Origin: Haloferax volcanii DS2
GTDB lineage: Archaea > Halobacteriota > Halobacteria > Halobacteriales > Haloferacaceae
DNA length: 32,000 nt
Reading direction: 5' to 3'
NCBI RefSeq assembly: GCF_000025685.1
Contig: NC_013964.1
Location: forward strand, 210,001-242,000
Within the stretch, counting starts at the first letter, position 1, and each line of letters begins with the position of its first letter. Shown piece after piece: positions 8,689-16,696 of this stretch. A model generated the notes under the pieces. The model saw nothing but the letters and a program-made list of their open reading frames with translations. It was not told the DNA's origin and made no database searches. Made by a program: the position numbers and the translations under genes.

Positions 8689-9627
8689 ATGTCCGACCGA
8701 CACGCCGAGAACAGCTCGCTCTCGACAGTCCGGGCGCTCACGGCGCGAGTCGTCGGCGCGGTCGAGACCGTCGCGAACCCCGTCACCGAACGGGAGCGCG
8801 AGTACCGCCGCATCGTCGCGCTGTGCGCGCCGTTTGCCGCGTTGGTGCTCGTCGCGGGGCTGTATCCCCTCTCCGAAGTCGTTCGCATCAGCGTCTCGAC
8901 CGCCCAGTATCGGTCGGTCGGGTTCTCGCTCGACGCCTACGCGACGCTGTTCGGGGACCCCTATTACCGCCGGGTGGCGTTCGACTCTCTGTGGCTGACC
9001 ACGGGAACGACGCTCGTCTCGGTCGGGCTCGCCGTCCCCATCGCGCACGCTCTCGAAAAGTACGACCTCCCCGGCGAGGACCTCCTCGTCACGCTCGTCT
9101 CGTTTCCCATCAGCCTCCCCGGCATCGTCGCCGCGTTCATGATTCTGGTGCTGTTCGGAAACAACGGCGTCGTCACCGCGGTCGCGGCCGCCCTCACCGG
9201 GAGCCGCCCCACCGACCTCGCCTTTGCGGTCAGCGTCCCGGGGCTGTTCGTCGCCTTCGTGTACTCGATGGTGCCGCGCGCGACGCTCATCCTCCGCGGG
9301 ACGTACGCCGAGGTCGATTCGGCAGCCGAGGAGGCCGCCCAAGCCCTCGGCGCGACGCCGTTCGAGACGTTTCGGTACGTCACGCTTCCGCAGATTCGAC
9401 CGGGTATCACCGGCGCGCTGATTCTCACGTTCCGGACGGGGCTGGCGATTTTCGGGACGCTCGTCGTCATCCAGACGCTCGTCGTCTGGACGCTCCAACT
9501 CTCGCGGGAACTCGGCGTCGGCTACGACGTGCAGGTCGCCGGTGCGATGGCGACCGTCTACTTCGCGTTCACGTTCCTGTTCACCGTCCTCGGACTTCGG
9601 TACACCAGCGCGGAGGTCGGCATATGA
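8689..9627 (+). CDS. ABC transporter permease (CysT/PotB-like)
   Basis: 312 aa. ATG lies 2 nt after the binding-protein stop. It has six hydrophobic segments and an EEAAQALGATPFETFRYVTLPQIRP EAA loop. Confidence 0.8.
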   Translation: MSDRHAENSSLSTVRALTARVVGAVETVANPVTEREREYRRIVALCAPFAALVLVAGLYPLSEVVRISVSTAQYRSVGFSLDAYATLFGDPYYRRVAFDSLWLTTGTTLVSVGLAVPIAHALEKYDLPGEDLLVTLVSFPISLPGIVAAFMILVLFGNNGVVTAVAAALTGSRPTDLAFAVSVPGLFVAFVYSMVPRATLILRGTYAEVDSAAEEAAQALGATPFETFRYVTLPQIRPGITGALILTFRTGLAIFGTLVVIQTLVVWTLQLSRELGVGYDVQVAGAMATVYFAFTFLFTVLGLRYTSAEVGI

Positions 9628-10517
9628 GGCCGTCCCCGTCCCCGTCCCTCTCGCGTCGGCTCGGGCGGTCTGTCGTGGCGCTGACCCTGTTCGCGACGGT
9701 CGCGTTCCTCATCGCGCCCATCGTCCTCACCGTCGTCGCCTCGTTCGCCGCGAGTTGGACCGGCGTTCTCCCCTCGGGCTTCGTCACCTTCGAGAACTGG
9801 CGGGCGGTGCTGGGGCTCGCGGACACGATTGGTTCCCAGCGCAGTATGGGATGGAGCCCGCTGTTCAGGCTCCCGCTCGGCGGCGAGACGCTGACGGTGT
9901 TGGTCCCGGCGGAGTTGGCGTTCAGCATCGGGCTGGCGCTCGGCGGCGTCCTCATCAACCTCGTCGTCGGCGTCCCCATCGCGTACGCGGTCGCTCGCTA
10001 CGAGTTCCCGGGCAGAGAGTGGGTCAACGCCGTCTCGGTGCTCCCGCTCGTGCCGGGCGTCATCCTGGGCGTCGCGTTCCTCCGGGCGTATCCGGACCTC
10101 TCGGCGACGAGTTTCGGGCTCATCGTCGGCTACTCCCTGTTGAAAGCGCCGTTCATGGTGATGGCAGTCCAAAGCGAGTTCGAGTCGATGCCGCTCCGGC
10201 AACTGGAGGAATCGGCGCGCTCGCTGGGCGCGTCGTGGCCGCGGACGTTCCTGACGGTCATCGTGCCGAACGCCCGCTCGGGCATCGTCTCGGGAGCCAT
10301 CATCTGCTGGGCGCTCGCGGCCGCGGAGTTCAACTTCTCGTACATCGTCTGGGCGAACGGTACCCAACCGCTCGCGCTCTTCTTGCAGCGACACATCTCG
10401 AACAGCTCGTTCACCAAGGCGGCGGCCGCCGTGTCGATGTTCTTTTTCATCATCGTCGCGGTCACCCTCCTCTTGCAGCGGGTCGGTCGCCGCGGCTTCG
10501 ACATCAGAGGTAGCTAA
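9624..10517 (+). CDS. ABC transporter permease (CysW/PotC-like)
   Basis: In-frame part of ORF 8823..10517. ATG 9624 overlaps the upstream stop (ATGA). Sequence begins MRPSPSPSLSRRLGRSVVALTLF... and carries an EESARSLGASWPRTFLTVIVPNARSG EAA loop. Confidence 0.8.
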   Translation: MRPSPSPSLSRRLGRSVVALTLFATVAFLIAPIVLTVVASFAASWTGVLPSGFVTFENWRAVLGLADTIGSQRSMGWSPLFRLPLGGETLTVLVPAELAFSIGLALGGVLINLVVGVPIAYAVARYEFPGREWVNAVSVLPLVPGVILGVAFLRAYPDLSATSFGLIVGYSLLKAPFMVMAVQSEFESMPLRQLEESARSLGASWPRTFLTVIVPNARSGIVSGAIICWALAAAEFNFSYIVWANGTQPLALFLQRHISNSSFTKAAAAVSMFFFIIVAVTLLLQRVGRRGFDIRGS

Positions 10518-11257
10518 TGGCAGACGTGGCACTAGACGCGGTTCGGAAGGACTACGACGACACGACGGCGCTGGACGGCGTTTCGCTCACCGTCTCGGAC
10601 GGCGAGATTCTGGGCGTCCTCGGCCCCTCGGGGTGCGGGAAGACGACGACCCTGCGAACCGTCGCCGGCTTCGAGACGCCGACCGACGGGACGGTCAGGT
10701 TCGACGGCGAGGACGTGACGAACGTCCCCCCGGAGAACCGCAACGTCGGGTTGGTGTTCCAGGAGTACGCCCTGTTCGACAACATGACGGTCACCGAGAA
10801 CGTCGCGTTCGGGCTGAAGATGCGGGGCGTCGGGAAGCGCGAGCGACGGAACCGGGCCGCAGAACTGCTCGACATGCTCGACATCGACGAGATGGGCGAC
10901 CGCGACCCGACGACACTCTCCGGCGGCCAACAACAGCGCGTCGGGCTGGCGCGCGCGCTCGCCATCGAGCCGAACGTCCTCCTGTTGGACGAGCCGATGA
11001 CGGGACTCGACGCCCAACTGAAGGCGCGCCTGCGGACCGAAGTCGGCGCGCTCCTCGCCGAGTTGGACGTCACCGGCCTCTACGTCACCCACGACCAAGC
11101 GGAGGCGATGGTGATGTGCGACCGCGTCGCCGTGTTGAACGAGGGTCGCGTCGAACAGGTCGGCACGCCCCGAGAGATCTACGAATCGCCGGCGACCGAG
11201 TTCGTCTCGGAGTTCGTCGCGCTCGACGCGCCCGACCTCCCGTTCGTCAGCTGGTGA
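10517..11257 (+). CDS. ABC transporter ATP-binding protein (CysA/PotA/MalK-like core, no C-terminal regulatory domain)
   Basis: Walker A GPSGCGKTT, signature LSGGQQQRV, Walker B LLLDEP, H-loop YVTHDQ. ATG overlaps the permease stop (TAATG). The ORF ends 13 codons after EFVSEFV, the point where family members normally continue into a TOBE-type domain. Confidence 0.85.
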   Translation: MADVALDAVRKDYDDTTALDGVSLTVSDGEILGVLGPSGCGKTTTLRTVAGFETPTDGTVRFDGEDVTNVPPENRNVGLVFQEYALFDNMTVTENVAFGLKMRGVGKRERRNRAAELLDMLDIDEMGDRDPTTLSGGQQQRVGLARALAIEPNVLLLDEPMTGLDAQLKARLRTEVGALLAELDVTGLYVTHDQAEAMVMCDRVAVLNEGRVEQVGTPREIYESPATEFVSEFVALDAPDLPFVSW

Positions 11258-11605
11258 CTCGGCCGTAGCGGCGCGAGTGCGACGGCGTCCGAGGAGAGGT
11301 GCGGCAGTCGGTACACGCGGTCATCGCGTTCGAGGCGGAGCGTCTCGGTTCCGAACAGGCGGTCGGTGGCGCTTCGGACGCGCTCCAGTGGCACGGCGTT
11401 GACCGCCAGCAACACCGCCACTTTCGCTCGCCGCCTCTCGCTGGGAGTGAGCATTGTCGATACAGGGACAGTTCACTCGGGACAGTTAGGTGGTCTGACT
11501 CGCGTCGGGCGTCGGAGTCGCTCCCCGAGTCGTCGCGCGCCGCCGGGCCGATTCGAGCGCGGGTTTCAGCAGTTATATGATTGGATGCGTAAAACGACGC
11601 ATCCG

Positions 11606-13030
11606 ATGGCCTCTCCACGGTACGATGACGCCTCACCGTCGTCTCTCCCCGCCGGCATCGGGTTTCTCCCGGTGCTCTCCGCGAACCTTCTCCCCCTCGT
11701 CGGCGTGCTGTGGTTCGGCTGGAACCCCGAAACCCTCCTCGCGGTCTACGCGCTCGAACTGCTGTTGTTGTTCCCGCTTTCGGGCGTGAAAGCGCTGTTC
11801 GCCGGCCGACCGCCGACCTCGTCCCGCGAGGGCGGCGTGCTCAACCGGTCCGAAAGCGACCTCGTGGATAAGCGCGGGAGCGTCACTATTCACGACCGAC
11901 TCCCGCCGGTGTATCCCCGCAACGTCCCCTTCGCGACGGCCGTCGTCGGCGGCGGCGCGTGGGTCGGCGTCTTCCTCCTCGCGCCGCTCTCGGAGGTCGT
12001 CTCGGTGCTCGACGTGCTCGCCCGCCCGGAGGCGGTCGTCAGCGTCGCCGCGCTCGTCGTCGGGCAGGTCGGCGAGACGGCGGCCGCGTTCCTCCGCGGC
12101 GACCGATACGCGGAGCGCTCGCCGTACGCCCTCGTCGAAATCCCCGCTCGCCAAGCGATGTTCCTCGCGTGCTTCCTGTTCGTCGTCGTCCTCGGCGGCG
12201 CGACGGTCGCCCTCGCGGCGTTCGTGCTCGTGAAACTCCTCTTCGAGTGGTCCGGCTTCCGCGCGGACCGGGGCGGCGGCCGGCTCACTAGTTGGCTCGC
12301 CGGCCCCGACAGCGAGGCGACCCGCGAGGCGCTCGACGTTCCCGACGGCCGACCCGCGGCCGAAATCGACGTGGACCGCCGTGCGGTCGTCGCGGCCGCG
12401 GTCTGGCGCGCGGTCACGACGACGGGTCCGTTCTACGTCACCATGGCCGCGATGGTCTGGATTGGCGGAACCGCCTTCGTCGCCGAGGAAGCCTCGCTCG
12501 CGGTCTGGGTCGGATTCGGCCTTTTCGGACTCGCCCTCCTCGGGTTCATGCTCGCCGGCGACGTGGTCGAGGACACGCTCGCGAGCGGGTGGCTGACCTA
12601 CCGGCGGTTCGGCGGCCGACTCGTCGCTCACGACCGCTTGACCGGCGAACCGCAGTGGGCGGCGGCGGTCGGTGACTTCCGCGACGCCGAGGTCGTGGCG
12701 GCCCGTCCCACAGACCGCTATCTCGGAACGCGAACCATCGCGGCGACGGTCGGCCGGGGCGACGACGAGACGGAGCGCGCATTCGGGCCGGTCGCGGACG
12801 CCGAGAGAGTCGTCGAGGCGTTCGACCTGCCGGTCGAGTCCACGACGCTCCCGCCGCTCGACCGGCGCTTCGTCTGGGCCGCCGTCGCTTCGGTCGTCCT
12901 CACGGCGGTCGGCGTCGTCACCGTGGTGGTCACCCCGCTCGGCCCGTCCACGAGTTGGCTGCTCGCGTTGTTCCTGTTCCCGGCGTTCGCCATCGTTCCC
13001 AAGGGGTTCTGGAAGCTCGCGCACTCGTGA
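11606..13030 (+). CDS. polytopic membrane protein, DUF6498-like N-terminus with a PH-like soluble insert
   Basis: Frame of ORF 11366..13030. Start placed at ATG 11606 (MASPRYDDASPSSLPAGIGFLPVLSANLLPLVGVLWFGWNPETLLAVYALELLL). As I recall, this N-terminal signature belongs to DUF6498. There are about 10 hydrophobic segments. Confidence 0.65.
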   Translation: MASPRYDDASPSSLPAGIGFLPVLSANLLPLVGVLWFGWNPETLLAVYALELLLLFPLSGVKALFAGRPPTSSREGGVLNRSESDLVDKRGSVTIHDRLPPVYPRNVPFATAVVGGGAWVGVFLLAPLSEVVSVLDVLARPEAVVSVAALVVGQVGETAAAFLRGDRYAERSPYALVEIPARQAMFLACFLFVVVLGGATVALAAFVLVKLLFEWSGFRADRGGGRLTSWLAGPDSEATREALDVPDGRPAAEIDVDRRAVVAAAVWRAVTTTGPFYVTMAAMVWIGGTAFVAEEASLAVWVGFGLFGLALLGFMLAGDVVEDTLASGWLTYRRFGGRLVAHDRLTGEPQWAAAVGDFRDAEVVAARPTDRYLGTRTIAATVGRGDDETERAFGPVADAERVVEAFDLPVESTTLPPLDRRFVWAAVASVVLTAVGVVTVVVTPLGPSTSWLLALFLFPAFAIVPKGFWKLAHS

Positions 13031-13139
13031 GGTGAGACGACTAGAGCGGTTTGTGACGAACGAAAAGATGAGAAGCAGAAAGCGCGTGAGTGAACGAGTA
13101 GCGTCACGACGAGGTCGCCCGCGACGGCCCGCGGGCGGA

Positions 13140-13451
13140 CTACCCTCGCGAATGTAACGAGTAGGCGATGAGCACCACGCCGCAGAACTGGAACAGCCGC
13201 GTGACGAGCGTGAGCGGCTGTTGGTACTGGAGGCCGATGTAACCCTGACGCAGGAGCACCGAGCCGACGAAGGCGACGCCGAACGCGACGGCCGTGAGGA
13301 GGAACAGGCCCGCGGACAGCGCCCGCATCGTCCGGCTGTCGTGACGGCGGTAGCCGCGATAGGCCTGATAGCCGACGTAGCTCCCGACGAGCGTCGACCC
13401 GAGGGCGAGCGAGACGATAAGCCAGTCGAGGACGGCCGACAGCGTCGCCAT
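13140..13451 (-). CDS. small three-TM membrane protein co-transcribed with a wHTH regulator
   Basis: 103 aa with three hydrophobic segments. The ATG lies 1 nt after the stop of the upstream wHTH gene. Confidence 0.65.
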   Translation of the reverse strand: MATLSAVLDWLIVSLALGSTLVGSYVGYQAYRGYRRHDSRTMRALSAGLFLLTAVAFGVAFVGSVLLRQGYIGLQYQQPLTLVTRLFQFCGVVLIAYSLHSRG

Positions 13452-13452
13452 C

Positions 13453-13824
13453 TCAGAGGTCCTCCCACATCCGTTTGAAGCGGTCGGCGGTGTCGGATTC
13501 CCCCTCGCCGGGGAACGACTCGTCGTCGGTACGCGTCAGCGACGCCTCGAACGACCCGTCGTCTAGCGCCACGGAGAACTCGGAGAGCGTGGCGGTGTAG
13601 ACGCTGTAATGGTTGTTACTGGTTCGAATCTCGGTCTGCTCGTCGAGGAGTCCGTACGCTTGTAATCGTTCCACCCGGCGGTAGACCGTCGGTTTGGACA
13701 TCTCACACTCGTCGGCAAGCTCTTGTGCGGACATTGGTTTGGTACTCGTCGCTGCGAGGATGTCTCGGGCGTACTCGTCGCTGAGGAGGTCGAGAATATC
13801 GCCCAGCGCCGGATCCTCACTCAC
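13453..13824 (-). CDS. winged helix-turn-helix (ArsR/TrmB-like) transcriptional regulator
   Basis: Frame of ORF 13453..13944. I use the GTG at 13824 (VSEDPALGDILDLLSDEYARDILAATSTKPMSAQELADECEMSKPTVYRRVERLQAYGLL). Upstream residues are P/R/T-rich, and a TTAATCCG TATA-like box sits 29 nt upstream of this GTG. Confidence 0.75.
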   Translation of the reverse strand: MSEDPALGDILDLLSDEYARDILAATSTKPMSAQELADECEMSKPTVYRRVERLQAYGLLDEQTEIRTSNNHYSVYTATLSEFSVALDDGSFEASLTRTDDESFPGEGESDTADRFKRMWEDL

Positions 13825-13845
13825 GGTGGTCGAATGACTGCTCGT

Positions 13846-13853
13846 CGGATTAA
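13846..13853 (-). promoter_or_regulatory. TATA-like box TTAATCCG for a probably leaderless wHTH transcript
   Basis: The minus strand reads CCTATTAATCCGACGAGCAGTCATTCGACCACC-GTG. The box starts 29 nt upstream of the GTG at 13824. Confidence 0.45.
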
Positions 13854-14136
13854 TAGGCCCACGGGTTTCCACCCCTGTTGGTCGCGGCGACCGAGTTGGA
13901 GTCCGAATCGGGGCTGGAGCACGGCGGGGCTGTCGAGAGAGCACGATGGTACGGGTTAGTGCGTCGATACTGCGGGGTCGTACGGCGATGCTGTGGAGGG
14001 GCTGCTGCGTCAGCGATGACCGCGATGGGTGCCGGGGTGCTGTCAGAGGGCACAGTCCGGTACTGCTCGGGAGGGCAGTCCGGCGTCAGTTCGGCGGGGC
14101 CCATCGCAGTTCGACCGACGCGCCGTTAGCCCATAT

Positions 14137-14177
14137 AAAACGGGGGCCAGTTTCTGACCCAGAAACTCGCCCGTTTT
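14137..14177 (-). terminator. intrinsic-terminator-like two-part hairpin plus T-run after the LolA-like gene
   Basis: AAAACGGG (14137-14144) pairs with CCCGTTTT (14170-14177). AGTTTCT (14149-14155) pairs with AGAAACT (14161-14167) around a 5-nt loop. On the minus strand the hairpin is followed by TTTTATATGG. It abuts the TGA stop (14177-14179). Confidence 0.6.
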
Positions 14178-15361
14178 CAGGCGGGACAGCCGACCGAGCG
14201 ACCGACTTCGACGAGGCGGTCCGTCTCGACGCCGGTCCCGCGGACGGTGTACCCGTAGCCGTCGCAGTTCCACGACACCGAGGTGGTCGGTCCGTAGTCG
14301 ATAGTCGCCGGCCGGCCGCCGACCGTCGCGTCGCGCTCGTCGGCGTCGATGTCGAGGGTGTAGTTGAACTTCGCGACCGTGAGTTCGCGGCCGCCGGCGG
14401 CGTAGCGGAGTCCGACCCCGTCGATGCGGCCGGTGGTCCGCGTGGCGTAGACCAGTTCGTACGCGGACGGAACCGTCGGCTCGGGAACCGAAATCGAACT
14501 CCGCGCCACCAAGTCGGCCCTGCTCCGGAACCACGACGTGTTCGGCGTCTCCTGACGCTCGACGGTCGTGCCGGCGTCGATGTCCGGGCGGAACGTGTCG
14601 GCCGACACCGCCGCGTCGAACGTCACGTTCGTGTACGTCGTCGTCACCGACCGCCGAGTCCCGTCGGCCGTCCACGCCGTCTGCTTGCGAAGCGGGTAGA
14701 ACCGCTCGGTGTCGAGCCACAACCGCTGGCGGTAGCCCGCCTCGCTCCGGTTCGTCTCGGGTACGATGTCGAGGACGTACGCCTCGCGCCCGCCGACGGT
14801 GTCGGTCTCGACGAACTCGACGGTGTAGCTACGGTTCGCGTCGGCTCCGGGGGCGACACCGGCGTGCCGCGGTACGACGGGGAGCGGTGACACGCCGATG
14901 GACTGCGGACGACCGGCGTCGTCGGTCAGCCCCGCGGCCGCGACGAGCAGTTGGAGCCGTTCGGCCGTCCGCGACTCGGTCGGCGGCCCCGTCAGTTCGA
15001 TGACGGTCACCGCATCCCTGTCTGTCTCGTGAAGCCAGAGCGTCGACCCGTTCGAGACCTGCCGGTCGTACTGTCGATTCGCGGCGTTCCGGAAGTTCAC
15101 GCGCTTCCGTTCTGTCTCCGGGACGAGCGTCACGTCGGCGACGGTCCGAGACGTAACCGTGTCGTCGGCTCGGACCTCGACCGTCTGTGTTCCGGTGAGC
15201 GCGTCGATGCCGCGGTAGCGCTCGGTCACGTTCGCGTCGACTGCGGGGCTCGCGTCGCCTATCGCGCCCCCCGTCGTCCAGAGGACCGCGGAGAGCGCGA
15301 CGGCGACGAGCACGAACGCGGCGAGCGTGCGTCGGTTGAGTCGGAGTGGAGGGCGGGTCAT
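14177..15361 (-). CDS. secreted LolA-like / DUF4367-type protein
   Basis: Frame of ORF 14177..15685. Start placed at ATG 15361 (MTRPPLRLNRRTLAAFVLVAVALSAVLW...), giving an N-terminal signal/anchor. The body resembles haloarchaeal 'outer membrane lipoprotein-sorting protein' annotations. The C-terminal ...SVSWNCDGYGYTVRG...LVEVGRSV is DUF4367-like. Confidence 0.7.
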   Translation of the reverse strand: MTRPPLRLNRRTLAAFVLVAVALSAVLWTTGGAIGDASPAVDANVTERYRGIDALTGTQTVEVRADDTVTSRTVADVTLVPETERKRVNFRNAANRQYDRQVSNGSTLWLHETDRDAVTVIELTGPPTESRTAERLQLLVAAAGLTDDAGRPQSIGVSPLPVVPRHAGVAPGADANRSYTVEFVETDTVGGREAYVLDIVPETNRSEAGYRQRLWLDTERFYPLRKQTAWTADGTRRSVTTTYTNVTFDAAVSADTFRPDIDAGTTVERQETPNTSWFRSRADLVARSSISVPEPTVPSAYELVYATRTTGRIDGVGLRYAAGGRELTVAKFNYTLDIDADERDATVGGRPATIDYGPTTSVSWNCDGYGYTVRGTGVETDRLVEVGRSVGCPA

Positions 15362-15659
15362 ACTGGAAGCACTCTGGCGGAAGTTCGACTGCGTGTCGGA
15401 GTGCCGACGGCTAAATACTTCTGGACGCCGGGCCGAGCGCCCACCGGACCGATAGCTACACGCGCAAGGCGCGAGACGGGTCTGATATGTCGCCCTCCAC
15501 GACGCCTTCGACGCGAACGCGGGCGTTGGTCTGCGCCCTCCAGTGGGTCTGGTGCAGACGTTCGTCGCCGAGACGACGCTCGTTGCTCGACTCGCTGACG
15601 GGTGACTCGACGACCGGTCGACGGCGCTTCCGACCGTACACGCCTCGAACGCCGGGGAG

Positions 15660-15665
15660 TTTATG
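15660..15665 (+). promoter_or_regulatory. TATA-like box TTTATG upstream of the histidine kinase
   Basis: Lies 27-32 nt upstream of ATG 15692, consistent with a leaderless transcript. Confidence 0.35.
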
Positions 15666-15691
15666 CGCGTGCGGATGGTACTCAACCGATA

Positions 15692-16651
15692 ATGTCAAGC
15701 GAGCGGAGAGAGCTGTTCGAACACATCGAATCCGATCTCATCCTACGAGAGTTCTTTCAGGAGGTAACTGAATACGCGATATTTCTCCTCGATGCGGACG
15801 GATACGTCGCAACGTGGAACGAGGGCGCGAGACGAATCAAAGCGAACCGAAAAGAGCGCGAAGAGCGACTCATGGTGCTGAATCGGATGCTTCGGCACAA
15901 CCTGCGGAACAATCTTAATATCGTCAGCGGGTACGCACGAGAGTTGCGCCGAGACCTCGACGCGGTCGACCTCCCGACCGAGAAGGGCGACTACGACCAG
16001 TTGGCCGAGACGGTGACGAACCTCAGCGAGACGACCAGCGGTATCGATGCCGAACTTCGAGCGCTCGACGAGATAGTCACCGCGGCGAGTCAGTTTTCGG
16101 TCGAGGCGATGGTCTCGAAGACGGACCGAATCATCGAGAACGCCGACGACCTCATGTCGACCGGCGAGAAGGCCCGGCGGTTCGAGAACGTCGTGGAGGA
16201 ATCCACCGACAAGCAGCCGGTCCGCGTCGACGACGTGTTGTCGGATATCAAGCGGACGTACGAGCGGCGATATCCCGATGCGACGATTCGATTCCGGGCA
16301 GGCGAGCAGACCGTGCTCGCGAGCGCGCACTCGCTTTCCCTCGCGCTCGACGAACTCGTGCAGAACGCCATCGTCCACAACGACGAGGATGACCCCGTGG
16401 TCACCGTCGCGTCGTGCCGCATCTCGGGCGAGCGAGTCGAAATCACGGTCGAAGACAACGGGCCGGGAATCCCGCAGACGGAACGCGAAATCTTGGAACG
16501 CGGGGAGGAAACGCCGCTGTCGCACGGGAGCGGGATGGGACTGTGGACCGTCTCCTGGTTCGTCACGCAGTTCGACGGCGAGGTTTCTATCGTCGACCGC
16601 GCCGGCGGTGGGTCGACGGTCGAAGTCAGGCTCCCCACGCCGGAGCACTGA
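15692..16651 (+). CDS. sensor histidine kinase (PAS remnant - HisKA - HATPase_c)
   Basis: Frame of ORF 15602..16651. Start placed at ATG 15692 (MSSERRELFEHIESD...). Phospho-acceptor region LNRMLRHNLRNNLN. ATPase motifs ELVQNAIVHN, EDNGPGIP and GSGMGLW. Confidence 0.8.
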   Translation: MSSERRELFEHIESDLILREFFQEVTEYAIFLLDADGYVATWNEGARRIKANRKEREERLMVLNRMLRHNLRNNLNIVSGYARELRRDLDAVDLPTEKGDYDQLAETVTNLSETTSGIDAELRALDEIVTAASQFSVEAMVSKTDRIIENADDLMSTGEKARRFENVVEESTDKQPVRVDDVLSDIKRTYERRYPDATIRFRAGEQTVLASAHSLSLALDELVQNAIVHNDEDDPVVTVASCRISGERVEITVEDNGPGIPQTEREILERGEETPLSHGSGMGLWTVSWFVTQFDGEVSIVDRAGGGSTVEVRLPTPEH

Positions 16652-16696
16652 CGCGGCTGTATCGGCCTCGCCGCCCGAGAACGCGGGGCGACGGCC

